DNA of 64,000 nt from Octopus sinensis (Eukaryota), in NCBI RefSeq assembly GCF_006345805.1, contig NC_042999.1, positions 87,544,001 through 87,608,000 on the forward strand, read 5' to 3'. Each line of letters begins with the position of its first letter. Within the stretch, counting starts at the first letter, position 1. Both the position numbers and the translations under genes were made by a program. Below are positions 24,710-37,495 of this stretch, piece after piece. Below the pieces are notes generated by a model, which worked only from the letters and a program-made list of their open reading frames with translations, was not told the origin of the DNA and did no database searches.

Positions 24710-26884
24710 AAATGTGGTTCTTAAGTTTCTTTTGAACTAAATGATTAATTTAATTACTTTCGAGAAGATGTTTTTCAAAATATTGCAGTGTGAGCCTTTT
24801 TTAACGTCTAACTCTTTTCATTCTCTCTTTCCATCTTATATTTGTTTACATAATTCAGACAGTTAATTATTTGCTGAAGCCTCCACTACTATCGTGTTAT
24901 CATTGTTCATGTAGTGAACAGGAATAAAATACAATTTTCCATCTCTGCACATCAGTAGTCGTGTGTTTATATAGGTTATCAATACTAAAATGTACAAATA
25001 CATTTGTCGATGGAAAAGTAGTGCAGAGGATATCAGTTACTCCATTACATGTGCTAGAACCTATAGTAATTTTTGTAATATGATTTTTTGCAGTACATCC
25101 CCTTATAATTGTATGATGTTTTTTTAAAAAAAGCACTTTGAACATCAGAGATTATCAGCCTGCAATATTAAAAAAACAAAACATTTTTATTATATAAAAC
25201 GTCTTTTTCAAAAATAACAAACTGATTTGGATTTGAGGATTTATAACAGCAATACTTTCTTTTTTTTTTCCAGAAATGTTTCGTTTGTATTTGAAGTGGT
25301 AAATATATATATGTCTTTGCATTTGAAAGCATTAGTTTGTTTACTTTCTGATAATTTAAAACTGTTATTTCAGTTCGCTTTACTAAAGATAAAAATGCAA
25401 TTACAAATACATTTATATATTTCAAATGCGTTCGAAATATATATTGAACAAAACAAAATAGTATATTAATACACATACGCTTTAAATGCAAACGGAATAT
25501 ATTTATTTGCAAAGCGTTATATTCATAGACTTTCAAATGTAAGCGAAGTATAATTATCGTACAAAACATATACACTTTAAATGCGATTTTTCAATTGCAG
25601 CCAACCAAGTGGACTCTCCAACTATTTTGCTGTGATATACATACATGTATTTAACGCATTTACGCACAGAGAAACATCACAAATACATTAATGGTTTGGC
25701 CATTTTCTACCTTTACAGAAACCTTTACAGAAAGTTTTTCTGATAATATTATTGAATTATTCTTATTGGTAGTTACAATCATGTTAGAGAAAAACATATA
25801 ATTATTATATTGATAATAATAATAATGATAATCCTTTATTTACCATCAAGGTAATGAATATTTGTGGAAGGATTCGAGTGATAGGGTAATATGAAATTAC
25901 AGAGGATGTGGGTGAACGAGATTCCTGCTATTCCTAGCATACTAAACTACCGCATACAGGGTACGCTACCTTTGAGTTTAAAAGAGAGAGATTAAGACTG
26001 CGATAAGACAATGAAGGAAATTTACTTGAGCGACTGAGTAGTATTAGACAAATGCAGTATACAAAGCAGAATTAGACATAACGTATGAGAAGAATTACAC
26101 AAATTAGGAACCAAATGTGCAAATATCATTTAGCAATTAACTGAAAACCACCCATTGTTTCTGCTAGTATATTTAATTATATTTTATACAAACTAAATTT
26201 AGGCTTATAAATATTTATCTATTATCATTTATGAAATTATCCGTAAATATTAATAAGTAATTAAAAATATTTATTTAATTTACGATTACAGGAAAACGCT
26301 AGGCACAAAAGAGCTACGATTCTGCTAAGTTAGAAATGAAAAACAAATTATCAACTAAGCATTGTAAGAGAGCAGCTGGGAGATATTTTTGAGTGAATGA
26401 GATATATTTACAGTTATATCCAAGTTCAAAATATTAAAAAAGAGAAGACATTCTGTTTTCTAAAAAAAAAAAAAATTTTTTTTCATATTAGGTCTTAAAA
26501 TTTTATGTGCATTTCAAAAAATAGCTAGAAAAGGAAACAACATATACGGTGCGTGCACACACACACAGACACGCGCGCACGTATACACAGAGGCACAGAT
26601 ATGCACTCATATGCCAGAACAATTAGATTCTTTAATAAATGAGCATTATAATAAGACCCATGTGTCTTTATCCTTGGTTACCATACAAGAATATAAAGGT
26701 CAATTTTCCAATATTATGGGATAGTCATTCCACCCTAGAGACCGTACGAAAAAAACGAAAAAAAAAAATCTTAGCTCATCTAATCCTTTGGAATTAATGT
26801 TATCACTATTGTAATCTACGAAAAGGCCAACAAGATGAGTGCCAATATTAAGACCGTTACAGACTGCCAATAAAACTTGAACTT

Positions 26885-29800
26885 AATATGCACGCATGCA
26901 TATAAAGATACAAAGTTTCATCGTTGGAATATAGTCAGCAAAAGCAAAATCACATTTTAAGATTGCATAATTTTACTCTTCTACTTACAAATTATATTTG
27001 TAATGTGCGAGTTAAATGCTTGATTTATCTTAATGAGAAACCTTAGCTTATCCAAGTTGTTACTTAAGAATTTACTCACAAAAACATGTGCACCAATTAT
27101 TATTGATATAAATATGAATTTATAATATGGATATAGAAGCTGGAGGTTTGGAAGGAGCTGTCCATATTTATCCTCTTTCTCTTTGATTTTCATAGAGATA
27201 TTTCCATCAGCAAGACAGCTGGCCTCTATGATGGTGCATACTTTTTCTTGTCTGTCCCAGACAACAATATCCAGTCTGTTATGCCTACACTTGACAGATA
27301 TCTTGATGGGAATGTTCCACTAATATTCCTTGTGTTGATATTTGTGTACATATTAAATAACAGGGAAATTCTCTATATTTATTCCAGGACAGTCTTTTTT
27401 CCGAATAGCATTGTATGTTGTTTTTGCGAAAACGTCATCTCACATAGGTGTGTAGTACCTTGAGAACATTTTTGAGCAACTGCTAATGGCATGTGTGATG
27501 ACTTGCATAGAAATATGACATAATCTACATTTTCTGTTGCATCTTCACGCTCCAAGATCTCCACTGCCTGTTGCTTATTAGGTATTTCGTAGGAATTTCC
27601 TGTTCCTGGTTTGCAAATGCCTTCGAAGTGTGATGTAGCAGCCACAAGTCCAAGAGAGTTTGCGCTTCATGTCAATATTAGTATCTTCTTCAAATCTTTG
27701 GGAACATACCTATGCATAATCTTTTTTTATATATAACCGAGCGTTTCACAACCAGGTCTTCTCTGAGGTATCTTAGTCCAGTTGATTTGAGATTATATGA
27801 GAGGTTGTCAAGGCTTCCTGAGGAACTCGCTGCTGACACGTAAGATATTGTTCTCTTCCCTTTTTAACACTAAATTGATATATTTTTGCTGCTCTCTTTT
27901 AGGAAATGCTGTTTGAGAGAGACTATATGACATTAGAAGGCTATCTGCACTGATCTCAAGCCTCTGCCTCTTTTATCTGTTCTTAGGTAGAGCTTGTTGA
28001 TATTAAAATTTCTGTCGAGATTTCCCGTTGATGTCAGTATCTTACAGGTTTTAATGTCTCTGTGTATATTTATGTATGTATGCATGTATGTATGTATGTA
28101 TGTATGTATGTATGTATGTATGTATGTATGTATGTATGTATGTATGTATGTATGTATGTATGCATGCATGTATGTATGCATGTATGCATATATGTATGTA
28201 TGCCATTGTTCAGTTTTATTTCAAGATTTCTTGTCAATAGAGAAAGAGCCAGTTTCTAGCCTAGATCAAAGGCTTCTTCACTGGAATTTCAACATAAACA
28301 ACAGGGTATTTTTCTATGGCCGTATGCATGCATGTATGTATGTATGTATATATGTGGGAACATTTTTATGTTTTGCTTTATGCATGTTGCATATCTAGAC
28401 ATGCTCATATATATTTAAATGTTAAACTTCTGATAAGTTTTACAGATTTTACAGTTCCAGTGATAGATTGGATCTGTAGTCTTTGAATTAGCCTCCTCCT
28501 TTATGGTTTTGAGAAGCCTAATTTCTCAATATTCTTTATTCTTTATTCGACTGTAACATTCTTTAGAGACACGTATTTCGTTACAGGTGCCATTGTTAAA
28601 TATGTTTTCATCCACTCCTCGATACCTGTAACATTCCTCGTCAGATATAGGGGAAACATTCAAATCATTGATGGAGATGTTACAAGTATGGTTTATAGTT
28701 TTCCTCCTTTCCACAACCATATAACAACATTTATCCTGACCAAGCTCCGACTCTACATCCTTTGAGAATGTTGCAACTAGGTCAAGGATCTTCTTCATCT
28801 CATACATATTCTTCGCATAAAGTTTCAAGTCATCCACAAAGAAACAGTGTGTCATGCTTCAGACTTCCTTAACATGAATGACGAGAGGGCTTTCAGAAAG
28901 TATAAACAACACCAGAGAGAGGCTATCCCCTTGGAATATGTATTTGCGATACTGTATTCTATCAATGATAATACAGTCACACTTTGTGTTTAATTTCAAG
29001 ATAGAGGCCCACGATGAAGTCAGATCAGCTATGGATTTGTCTATGCTGAGTGGGACTTTAGCAAGTTGAAGAGCTTCTAGTATCCACTAGTGGAGAATAG
29101 AGTCAAAGGTTTTCTTGTAGTCTTGTCACATTGAAACTAGGTTCCTCCTATGCTCTCGCACCTCTGACATCACAATTTTGTTGATTATAAATTGCTCGGC
29201 ACATCCCCAGACTCCCTTCTTCCCAGCTGCTTATTCTGCTCTGATGATGTTATTGGTTTCACAATGATCTTGGAGGAAGCGGTTTAAGCATGCTGTATAC
29301 ATCTTATACATTAAGTGCTGGCATGCAATTGGTTGGTAGCTTTTTGTCATGTGCTTGGTTCTGCAGTTGGGATCAATTTTATCTCTGCCAGTGTTAACCA
29401 GTGCGGTATGCTACTGTTCCCATTGATAGCTTGCTGGTACAGGTTGATAAGATATAGTCGGTAGAAAGTTGGCTTCTTGTACCAATATCCAACAATCAAC
29501 TTCCTTCCAGGTGCTTTTCCATCCTGAAGTTTCTGGATCACAACTGCAAAAGTTTCACCATCAATGTTGTATGTTTTGGATGGAACGTAGGAGTAATAAC
29601 TTCTTCGGATTTCTTCCAGCCACAGAGCATTTTGGTTAAACTCCTTCTCCTCTCTCCAGATTATTCTTTAGAAGGAGTGCACGTCTTCTCGTGAAGGAGA
29701 TTCTGTGATATTCACTGCTCCTCCTCTCATGTCACTGTATACTGCATCATGTTTCCGGTTAAATTTTTATTTATTGTTCTTCTCTCCGTTATACCCTTCT

Positions 29801-29990
29801 GATGTTGGATTTGGTTGGACGTGACCTATTTATTTTGTCCTAAGAATTATTGTTATTTTTCATATTGTCCAAATTTATTCTTTGTAATTTAGCGAGTGTC
29901 TCTTGATTTAAGAGTTCATTGATTCGCATACTTTCCTTTTTATCATATTTTTCAAAATATTTCCTCTTTTTTTATTTTCAGCTGCGTAGT
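26885..29990 (-). mobile_element. Decayed R4/Dong-like RLE LINE, about 3.1 kb including nested inserts
   Basis: KAPG..GYWYKK..PHWLT (RT0), HCFFVDDLKLYA (RT5), LYLRTDKRGRGL, SHFEG..QEQEIPTKYL, KEDKYGQL..IIIGA (RLE). Confidence 0.9.
28070..28527 (-). mobile_element. Nested 3'-end pieces of an RLE LINE, each followed by (CATA)n
   Basis: EKLGFSKP*RRRLIQRLQIQSITGTVK (RLE-element C-terminus), then 3'UTR and (CATA) run 28323-28352; second block 28205-28322 followed by (CATA)n 28070-28204. Confidence 0.6.
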
Positions 29991-30428
29991 TATTAGCAGA
30001 TCTTAAGGTAAGTGTAAATTGGCAGAGCTATTAGATGAGCAAACAAAATTCCTTGAAGCGTATGGCTACGTTGCATTATGTGCTGAAATAGAATCATTAC
30101 AACTTGATAAAATAAAGTACGAGTCAAGTGATAGAGTTATATTAAAGTACATCTCTGACTCTCTAAAAAACCCCTGGCCTTGTGCCTGTCTAACAAATTA
30201 ATATGTACTAGAAAACTAAAAAATCGGACGTCACTGTCATCTTCGGCTAAAAAGTAAATTTTACCGGAATTACCTAACGGAAAATATTTTTAAAAATTCA
30301 TTTTCCGACAAAGGCATCAAAATATTTGAACGTCTACCACATTGTCCCGGGGTGAAAAAGAAGTTCGTTGAAACATTGTTTTTAACTGTAAATATTTCTG
30401 CCATTGGTCATTTGCAATATTTAATTAC

Positions 30429-30520
30429 GTTGCATGATGGCTATCTCAGAAGTAGGAGGATGTGTTGGTCTCGGTGTTGGCAGCAGTAGTCTCAATGACG
30501 TGAACAAACACGCCCCAAAT
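30429..30520 (-). promoter_or_regulatory. Candidate promoter and first exon
   Basis: Minus-strand GGGGCGTG (Sp/KLF-like) 30509-30516, CRE-like TGACGTGA 30496-30503, GCCATC-ATG at 30433-30435, then CAAC|GTAATT donor-like site. Confidence 0.3.
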
Positions 30521-30634
30521 TATTTTCAAATACAAAAATAGATAGAAAAGAAATATAAAAAGTAATATAAAAATTAGACAGACATAGCTTACAGCTACAC
30601 AACAGCGCGCGCTCACACACACACACACGCACAC

Positions 30635-30681
<47 letters not shown>

Positions 30682-30887
30682 CAGACACACACACACACAA
30701 ACACACGCAGGCACACACACACACACAAAATTAATGTTGAAAAACTTAATTCGGATGGAGGAAAAAGAAGATAAACTGTTCAAACCTCATCGACAACAAA
30801 ACTAGTAGCAACAACATGCCATCTTTTGCAAACATTTAAGGTTAGAAGAAGCTGCATGATATTAGATGAAATAGAAAAGTATACGTG

Positions 30888-30889
<2 letters not shown>

Positions 30890-30972
<83 letters not shown>

Positions 30973-31145
30973 CGTGTGTGTGTGTTGAAAACCGGTGCTG
31001 GTGCGTTATGTCCCCGTAAAAGAGACCGATAGAATAAGTACCAGGCTTAAAAATGTACTGGGATCGATTCATTCGATTAAAATTCCTCAAGGCAGTGCCC
31101 CAGCATGGCCGTAGTCTAGAGACCGAAGCAAATAAAAAATAAAAA
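30890..31145 (+). mobile_element. (TG)n plus 3' module of family A SINE
   Basis: GAGACCGATAGAATAAGTACCAGGCTT..CCCCAGCATGGCCG. Confidence 0.75.
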
Positions 31146-31199
31146 TAATGCCGGAGTAAATGACGAAATAAAGACAAAACAATCACGTATTTGTTATTA

Positions 31200-31665
31200 G
31201 AGAAGTTTCAGAAGGCGATGACGAAGAAGCTTGAGAAAATCCTCAATGGCTGAGAAGAAAAACAAGACCAAGATCCATAAATTGAACTGTTATGTCTGCT
31301 CTGTGTTAATGTATAGAAGTGGGGGCTTGGAGAACTGAAATGTGGATCTTAAGTGTTGAATGAAGAAGTGATGACTTGGGCTGTGGTAAATAGAAAACTG
31401 CTTTGTGAAATAAAAGCCAAGCAACTGAGATATTTTGGTCATCTGATGGGGAAAGAGGTCTGGAGAACTTAGAGGTGACCGGAAAGATTGAAGGGGAAAA
31501 TATGTAGAGGAAGGAGAGGGGCAATATGAGTCAGGCTTGAGGAACTGGTTAGAAGAAAGAGTCATTGAACATTAGGAAATGTAACAGAAAACAGTGAACA
31601 GAGAATTATGGTAGGGCATGATTGCTTATGTACTACATTCTGAACATGGCACCTAAAAAAGAAAC
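31200..31665 (+). mobile_element. RTE LINE 3' fragment
   Basis: LNCYVCSVLMY, RKLLCEIKAKQLRYFGHLM, VTGKIEG, RELW*GM..HGT*. Confidence 0.75.
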
Positions 31666-31724
31666 AAGATGTCTATGCTAAGAAACAAGGAAGTTCTTTT
31701 TATTTTCAAAGGAACAAGTGCAGC

Positions 31725-31815
31725 AAGCGTTTTCAGATACACTGACTGAAATATGGTCACTGCCTGGAGTCGAACTCGTGATCTTAGTAACCCACGCTCT
31801 TAACCACTACGTGGG
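31725..31815 (-). mobile_element. tRNA-derived SINE head
   Basis: Minus CACGTAGTGGTTAAGAGCGTGGG..GAGTTCGACTCC (A and B boxes). Confidence 0.65.
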
Positions 31816-31834
31816 CAATTATGAAGTGAATATT

Positions 31835-32340
31835 AGGGCTTATAAATCTAATATTCTCCTATCCTTCCTTAATACCGATTCCCATATGCTGTTCATATCT
31901 GCACTCGGTCTGCTTAGGAGGTTGTTGTGTCCTAGCATATGTGCTGCTTCTTTTAGTCTTCGTATTTTCCAGTAGTGTTCTCTGTCTATTATTTTAACTT
32001 CATTCCACAGGGGGAGGTGGTCTCCATTTTTCCATACATGATCAGCTATACCCGATTTATCTATATCTCCTCGTGTCACAGCTTTGCGATGTTCCTCTAC
32101 CCTTGTTTTGAGGGGGCGGCATGTATAACCTACCACAACTGCATGGGATAGAGTACACACAGTTCTTAGTCATATTCTCTTCTATTGGTGGTTTTACTCG
32201 AAGGAGATATTTGCGAAATGTTGCATTACTTTTGAATACTGTCCTGATGTCATATATGTCGCATATCTTTTGTATCTTTTCGGAGAGGTTTTTCACGTAG
32301 GGTAGACAGACTGTGGACAGTTTATCGGTTTCATCCTCTC
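31835..32340 (-). mobile_element. Penelope-like element, GIY-YIG endonuclease region, little decayed
   Basis: VCLPYVKNLSEKI..VKPP..KNCVYSIPCSCGRLY, small frameshift, then CRPLKTRVEEHRKA..KSGIADHVW..RRLKEA..*. Confidence 0.9.
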
Positions 32341-33576
32341 TGAACGTTAGATTACTCAGCTCGTGATCAACAAAAACTACCTCTCTCATGTCTTTTTCTC
32401 CAACCAATATGGTCGTACACAGAGTGGGCTGCATAAATACATATACCTGGGGGGTGGCTTGGAAGCAAATATCTTCCTTGTTTAAAGGTCTCAGGTTACT
32501 TGGTGTAGATATATTAACCATCAACAAAACTCGAATTTTCAGGACAAACGAACTCGTGCCAAACTTATTAGTGTCTCTTAATTTGTAAGAGACTCTAACT
32601 AATAAAACGCTCTTAGATCCTAAAATTCTTCTAAAAAAAGATATCTGGTTATCAGGATATTAAATGTTCAGTGGAATATATGGAAACTGTGGAATGCCTT
32701 TAAACTATTTTGAATGGAGGCAGAAATAATCGCTACGTTCTGGAAACAGCCTTAAAATGATGGATGCTCTGGTAATGATTAAAAAGAAAAAGACAATGTA
32801 TGAGATGCTAAACACACACACATACACATACACAAACACACACACAATAACACAATGAAGCGCAGTGTTTATCTTAGAATATTATCAGCACAAAATATAA
32901 AAAGAGGTACATCCCACCTAATGTATATAACAGAACTGTGAACAGTAATAGAATGAACCTACGTAGTTAGAATGAGTAAACTAAGGTTAAGAAGATAATG
33001 ACACTAATAATACTATCGCCAATACTACTGCCAACATCAATAAGAGATAGAATAAGTAATAACGCTAGCATTGATAATTGGGAAAAACAAATGATATTGA
33101 AAGAAAATAACGTCCAACAAAATTCTACTAAAGAACTATAAACATACGAAGAAAAAATTTTGCAAAAATAGACTGAATAATATAAATGTATATAAAGTTT
33201 GGTATATAGAGAAGAAATTCATATAGAATTAAAAAAAAAAGATGTAAAGAAAAGTATTGAAATATCAAGACGTAGAAAAATTCACGAATTGCAAGCAAAA
33301 GGGACACATTGTTTTATAACTAGCGCTTTTCTTAGTCCAGCATCTTAATGAACCATTCTGGCTGCGAAGAAGAAGAAAAAATGTTGTGTGTAATAATAAC
33401 TATGGTAGGTTGACTTGGAAATAGAATAAGAAAAAAAAATTTCCCAACTACCCAAGACTAGTCATTACCAAGAAATGTAATCAGACATTTATATACGATC
33501 ACAATCACTCACCATTGGTTTAGTAAATGTAGTAACTGTCTACGCTAGCAGTTCGTTTTCCAGCCGAACGAACACA

Positions 33577-33608
<32 letters not shown>

Positions 33609-34689
33609 TACACACACACACGCACTGACACATACGCACATACAGAAACACGCGAACACAGAAGACACACATATGAAACGTGTGTTTTGTTTGAGTATTC
33701 GTTAGGCTTGAAAACGAACTGTTATATATAATATATATCCACACACACACATACACACACTCACATGCACGCACACACATACACGCAAGCACCTACTCAC
33801 ACATACACACACACATACATATCTTTTCGAGTGTGAGCGCGCGCGTGTTTAAAAATGATAGAAAAATATATTTCACCAAACTCTGGTAGTTAATAAGGCT
33901 AGTTCTTAGCTTCGATTTTGACATCGTTAAGTTGATGAAAGAAAAATCTTTCCATCGCAGGTGTTAACTTTAGAAAGACAATTTGATACACAAGGACAAG
34001 TATATCCTGACACACAACTTCACACACACTGTTACGCATAGTCATACAGTTACACGCATTCTAGACATAATAGAGGAAATTGTTCTGCCAAAGGAGAAAT
34101 AACATTTGCATCGTAAATTAAATTCCTTGGTGCCATTGCGAAAGATTTTCAATAGTTGGCTGGTATATAGTTGTAATCAAGAGCAACAAGAGAAAAATAC
34201 GCAAAGATATACTTCAAAATATGATGTCTGTAGATTCTTTTCATTGAAAGTGAAGAAAAATGCGTAAGTAGCAGAAAGCGATATACATTGCTGAGGCGTT
34301 TTGACAAACTATAAGATTAACTCTGTGCTAATTGGTTACCTATTCGCTTGTAACTTTTGTTAGAAAGTGAACTGCTGGTAATGTAAATGATGTTGATGTT
34401 AAGCTTGATATTTATCTGTTTATCTACGCTCCTTTATGTGCTGAGTACATCTCTCTCTGGGGCTGACTCTGTCTTTCATCTTTGCGGTTTGATAAAACAG
34501 TATCAATGAATTGTATACTGACTCAATATAATCGACTGTTTTCTCCTTTTCAAATTTCTGGCTGTATATTAGAGATTCGTGACTGCTCTAGAATATCCCA
34601 TAGCATTAGTACCATGAGACAACGAAAAAGTGGTATTTTAATGTTGCAGATGCACGTGATTTCAAACCTTGACTTGCGTTAAACTTGGA

Positions 34690-35100
34690 TTATTGCAAGG
34701 AGAGGCTGTACTGAACGACCAACCTCTCTTGTCCCTGATTTTCTTAACTGGTATCTGAGCCAGATACACTCCAAAATCGGTCATCCTGGTGGTTTGCTCT
34801 CTGTTCGTTGTCAAATTTCTTTTCATCAGTGAACATCAGGTTGAGCAGCGTGCCTTCAGCTATCTGACGTAGGATAACACGACTACTCTCCAGTCTCGTG
34901 GCCCTATAAACTTACTTGAGCTCATAACGCTGGACCACCTTGTAGGGATGAGTCGTGAGGTCTCCATCATTCGTTACATTGTTGCTCGGCTTATTTTTGC
35001 TGTGACAACCAGTTTTCTGACGGAACGACGAGAATTTCGACGTATTCTTTCTCTGGTAGTTGTGATAGTCAGAGGGGCCCGCACAATTCATTTTTGACCC
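34690..35100 (-). mobile_element. Tc1/mariner (maT/DD37D-like) transposase fragment
   Basis: RRNSRRSVRKL..ISRAT..HPYKVVQ..LMFTDEKKF..NHQDDR (cf. FSDEKxF..NxQNDR). Confidence 0.75.
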
Positions 35101-35699
35101 TGCCCAGGTCGATCAGCAGTGGAACCAGTCTCTTGAAATTTCTTGACAATTTTCCAGACTGTCGTTCGGTTAATTTTAAGCTTTTTTGCTATAGCTGTAT
35201 CAATTTCGCCTCCTTTATGGGGGAGGGGGGTTATGATTGTATTTCGATTTATAGATATTATCTAATTTACACCTCTGAATTTATCTGGTCTGAAACAAAA
35301 AGAAGATGCACTACGTTTTATAATGATATATCATTTTCATATCTTATCACATTTATCGATAGTATTAAAACCCAAAACTTCGCTTGCCTTTATTTCTGGA
35401 CACCATATATATATTATTTAAAATAGTTTAATTCGGTTCTGTGCAACTTCAAGTTTCGCAGACCTCTAACGGGAGTCCTACAGGCGATGGATTGCCGAAT
35501 GAAGAGGCATACACACACACAAACAAGCGCGCGCGTGCACGTATATATATATATATGTATATATACTACTAATATAGGATAACATTTTTTCAGAAAAAAA
35601 TTCATCAAAAGTGGTAGCATATTAAAATACCTTTAAAGGTTAAAATTATAAACAACTTATAAACAAGGGCAAAAGAAAAATTGTATATATATATATATA

Positions 35700-35818
35700 T
35701 ATAGCTTACCCGCAGATTTAGGGGTATCTTAGATTTCGAATCCATATTTGTGAACCAAATGTTCTACAAATATGGATTTAGAAACTTAAGGAAGCCTTAA
35801 CTGTGCCGGCAGACTATA
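35700..35818. mobile_element. Miniature palindromic element (about 120 bp) abutting (TA)n
   Basis: Perfect 13-bp arms AATCCATATTTGT 35739-35751 and ACAAATATGGATT 35766-35778; imperfect pairing extends to both ends. Confidence 0.75.
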
Positions 35819-37269
35819 TAATTTTTCACTGTCAGCTCTAGAGACTATATTGAGCGCTCTTCTTTCACTTCTGGCCTTTCTGCGGAAGCTTTCGACACCA
35901 CACCCAAGCACGCACATACACACACACAAGCCGTTGTCTATTCTGAGATCGTCTGTCCTTTGATATACTAGAGGCTATCCAATATCTGCCCTCTTTACCA
36001 AGCAGGCTTGGTGAAGCAGTCGGTTTGGTCACTTCCAACACGACCAAAAAAATGCTGTACAAGTCTATAAGTTACCCCTAGCGATTTGATATGCTGGTGG
36101 ATGACAGAATCACTAGACAGTCTGACAACATAACTTACAGTTCTTGATACGCCTTTTTACTTCCTTGAACATCATTGCTAAAATGATGTAAGGATAAGGC
36201 TGATAAAATAAGTACCTGTCAAGTACTGTTTCAGGTTAATACTCTGGGCTACATTCTTTCAAATTGTTGGTAATATGATCAATTATATTTGATAATAATT
36301 CCATCATATTTAGGTGGTGAGTGGCATAATTTACATAGAGGTGGACTGAGTCTTACTTCGCTTTACCTACGAGGTTTAAATCAGGCATGGAGACAACCTT
36401 TTCCGAGAAACAGATTGTATGAGACATGGATCATCATCAGGCAGGTTTCATTACTAAAAATATTTGAGGTAATTTTTCGATTTGGCATGCCACTCAAAAA
36501 GCTGTATATTGTTTACTAAAATCAATTTTGTCGTTTATCCTTCCAGGAAGAACAAAATTGCGTACCAGTAATTCACTGAGATTTGTTTCAAGCGACAACG
36601 TGTCTGTCGTACCATTTGTATCGTATCAACGACATCGTTATTATTATATTGTGCAGTTAGGAAACCATTAGTATATTTATTATTCTATGTATGACTCAGA
36701 AAATATTAGTATATGTGTAATCATAGAAAACAACGGTGGTTTATTTTTACATAAATGTAACTAAATTATTGACTTACAAGAGAAAAGTTTCATACTACTA
36801 TGAACATAACATGCTTGAAATAGAAATAGAATTTATGTAAAGAAAAGTATATATAATGAATCAATAAAAATCAATACAAACAACAAGAAAATGTAAGGAA
36901 ATCAAAATGCATGTGGTCATAATCAGCTACTTAGTGAATAGCAAATTTAGAAGAGTAACTACTGTGCTATATCAAAGAAATTGCAAAGCAGAGAAAAAGG
37001 AAATGTTAGTAGTAAGGAATTAATCAGACAAAGCAGAAAAGGAAAATAACTCTCACGAATAGGATAACTACCTTTCATTTTTTTCCTAAACGCCAACAGT
37101 ATTGCTTGTGTAGTGTGTTAAGAAAAGGTAAGCTTATGTTTTGGTTAGTGTTTGTTTTCCAAAACTTACGTAACGAAAATTATCTCAGACAACATCACAA
37201 AGGCATTGCTGCGTTATTAACAAGTTCGATTCACAATCACACGGTTTCCTGTTTGATCCGATTACGCAG

Positions 37270-37495
37270 CTTCGGGTCGATCCAAGCCATGCGAGTGAAA
37301 TTTGACCGGCTCCAAGATTCCGGAAACCAATCGCAGGATACTTCTTTGTGAGTGGTACGCCCTATCCACCACTCAGTTTAGAACAACCATCTGGTTAATG
37401 AAAACCAATCCACGCATCCTCGATGCTTTACTTTCTACTGCAACGCTACGTGAGTGATAATTTATTTATGATCATCAGTTTCAGCGGCCTCCAAT
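37270..37495 (+). promoter_or_regulatory. Non-repetitive GC-richer island with three CCAAT boxes and a possible short exon
   Basis: CCAAT at 37327, 37405 and 37491; TCAGTT at 37475; AG|..GCCATG(37289)..TTT|GTGAGT (37347). Confidence 0.25.
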
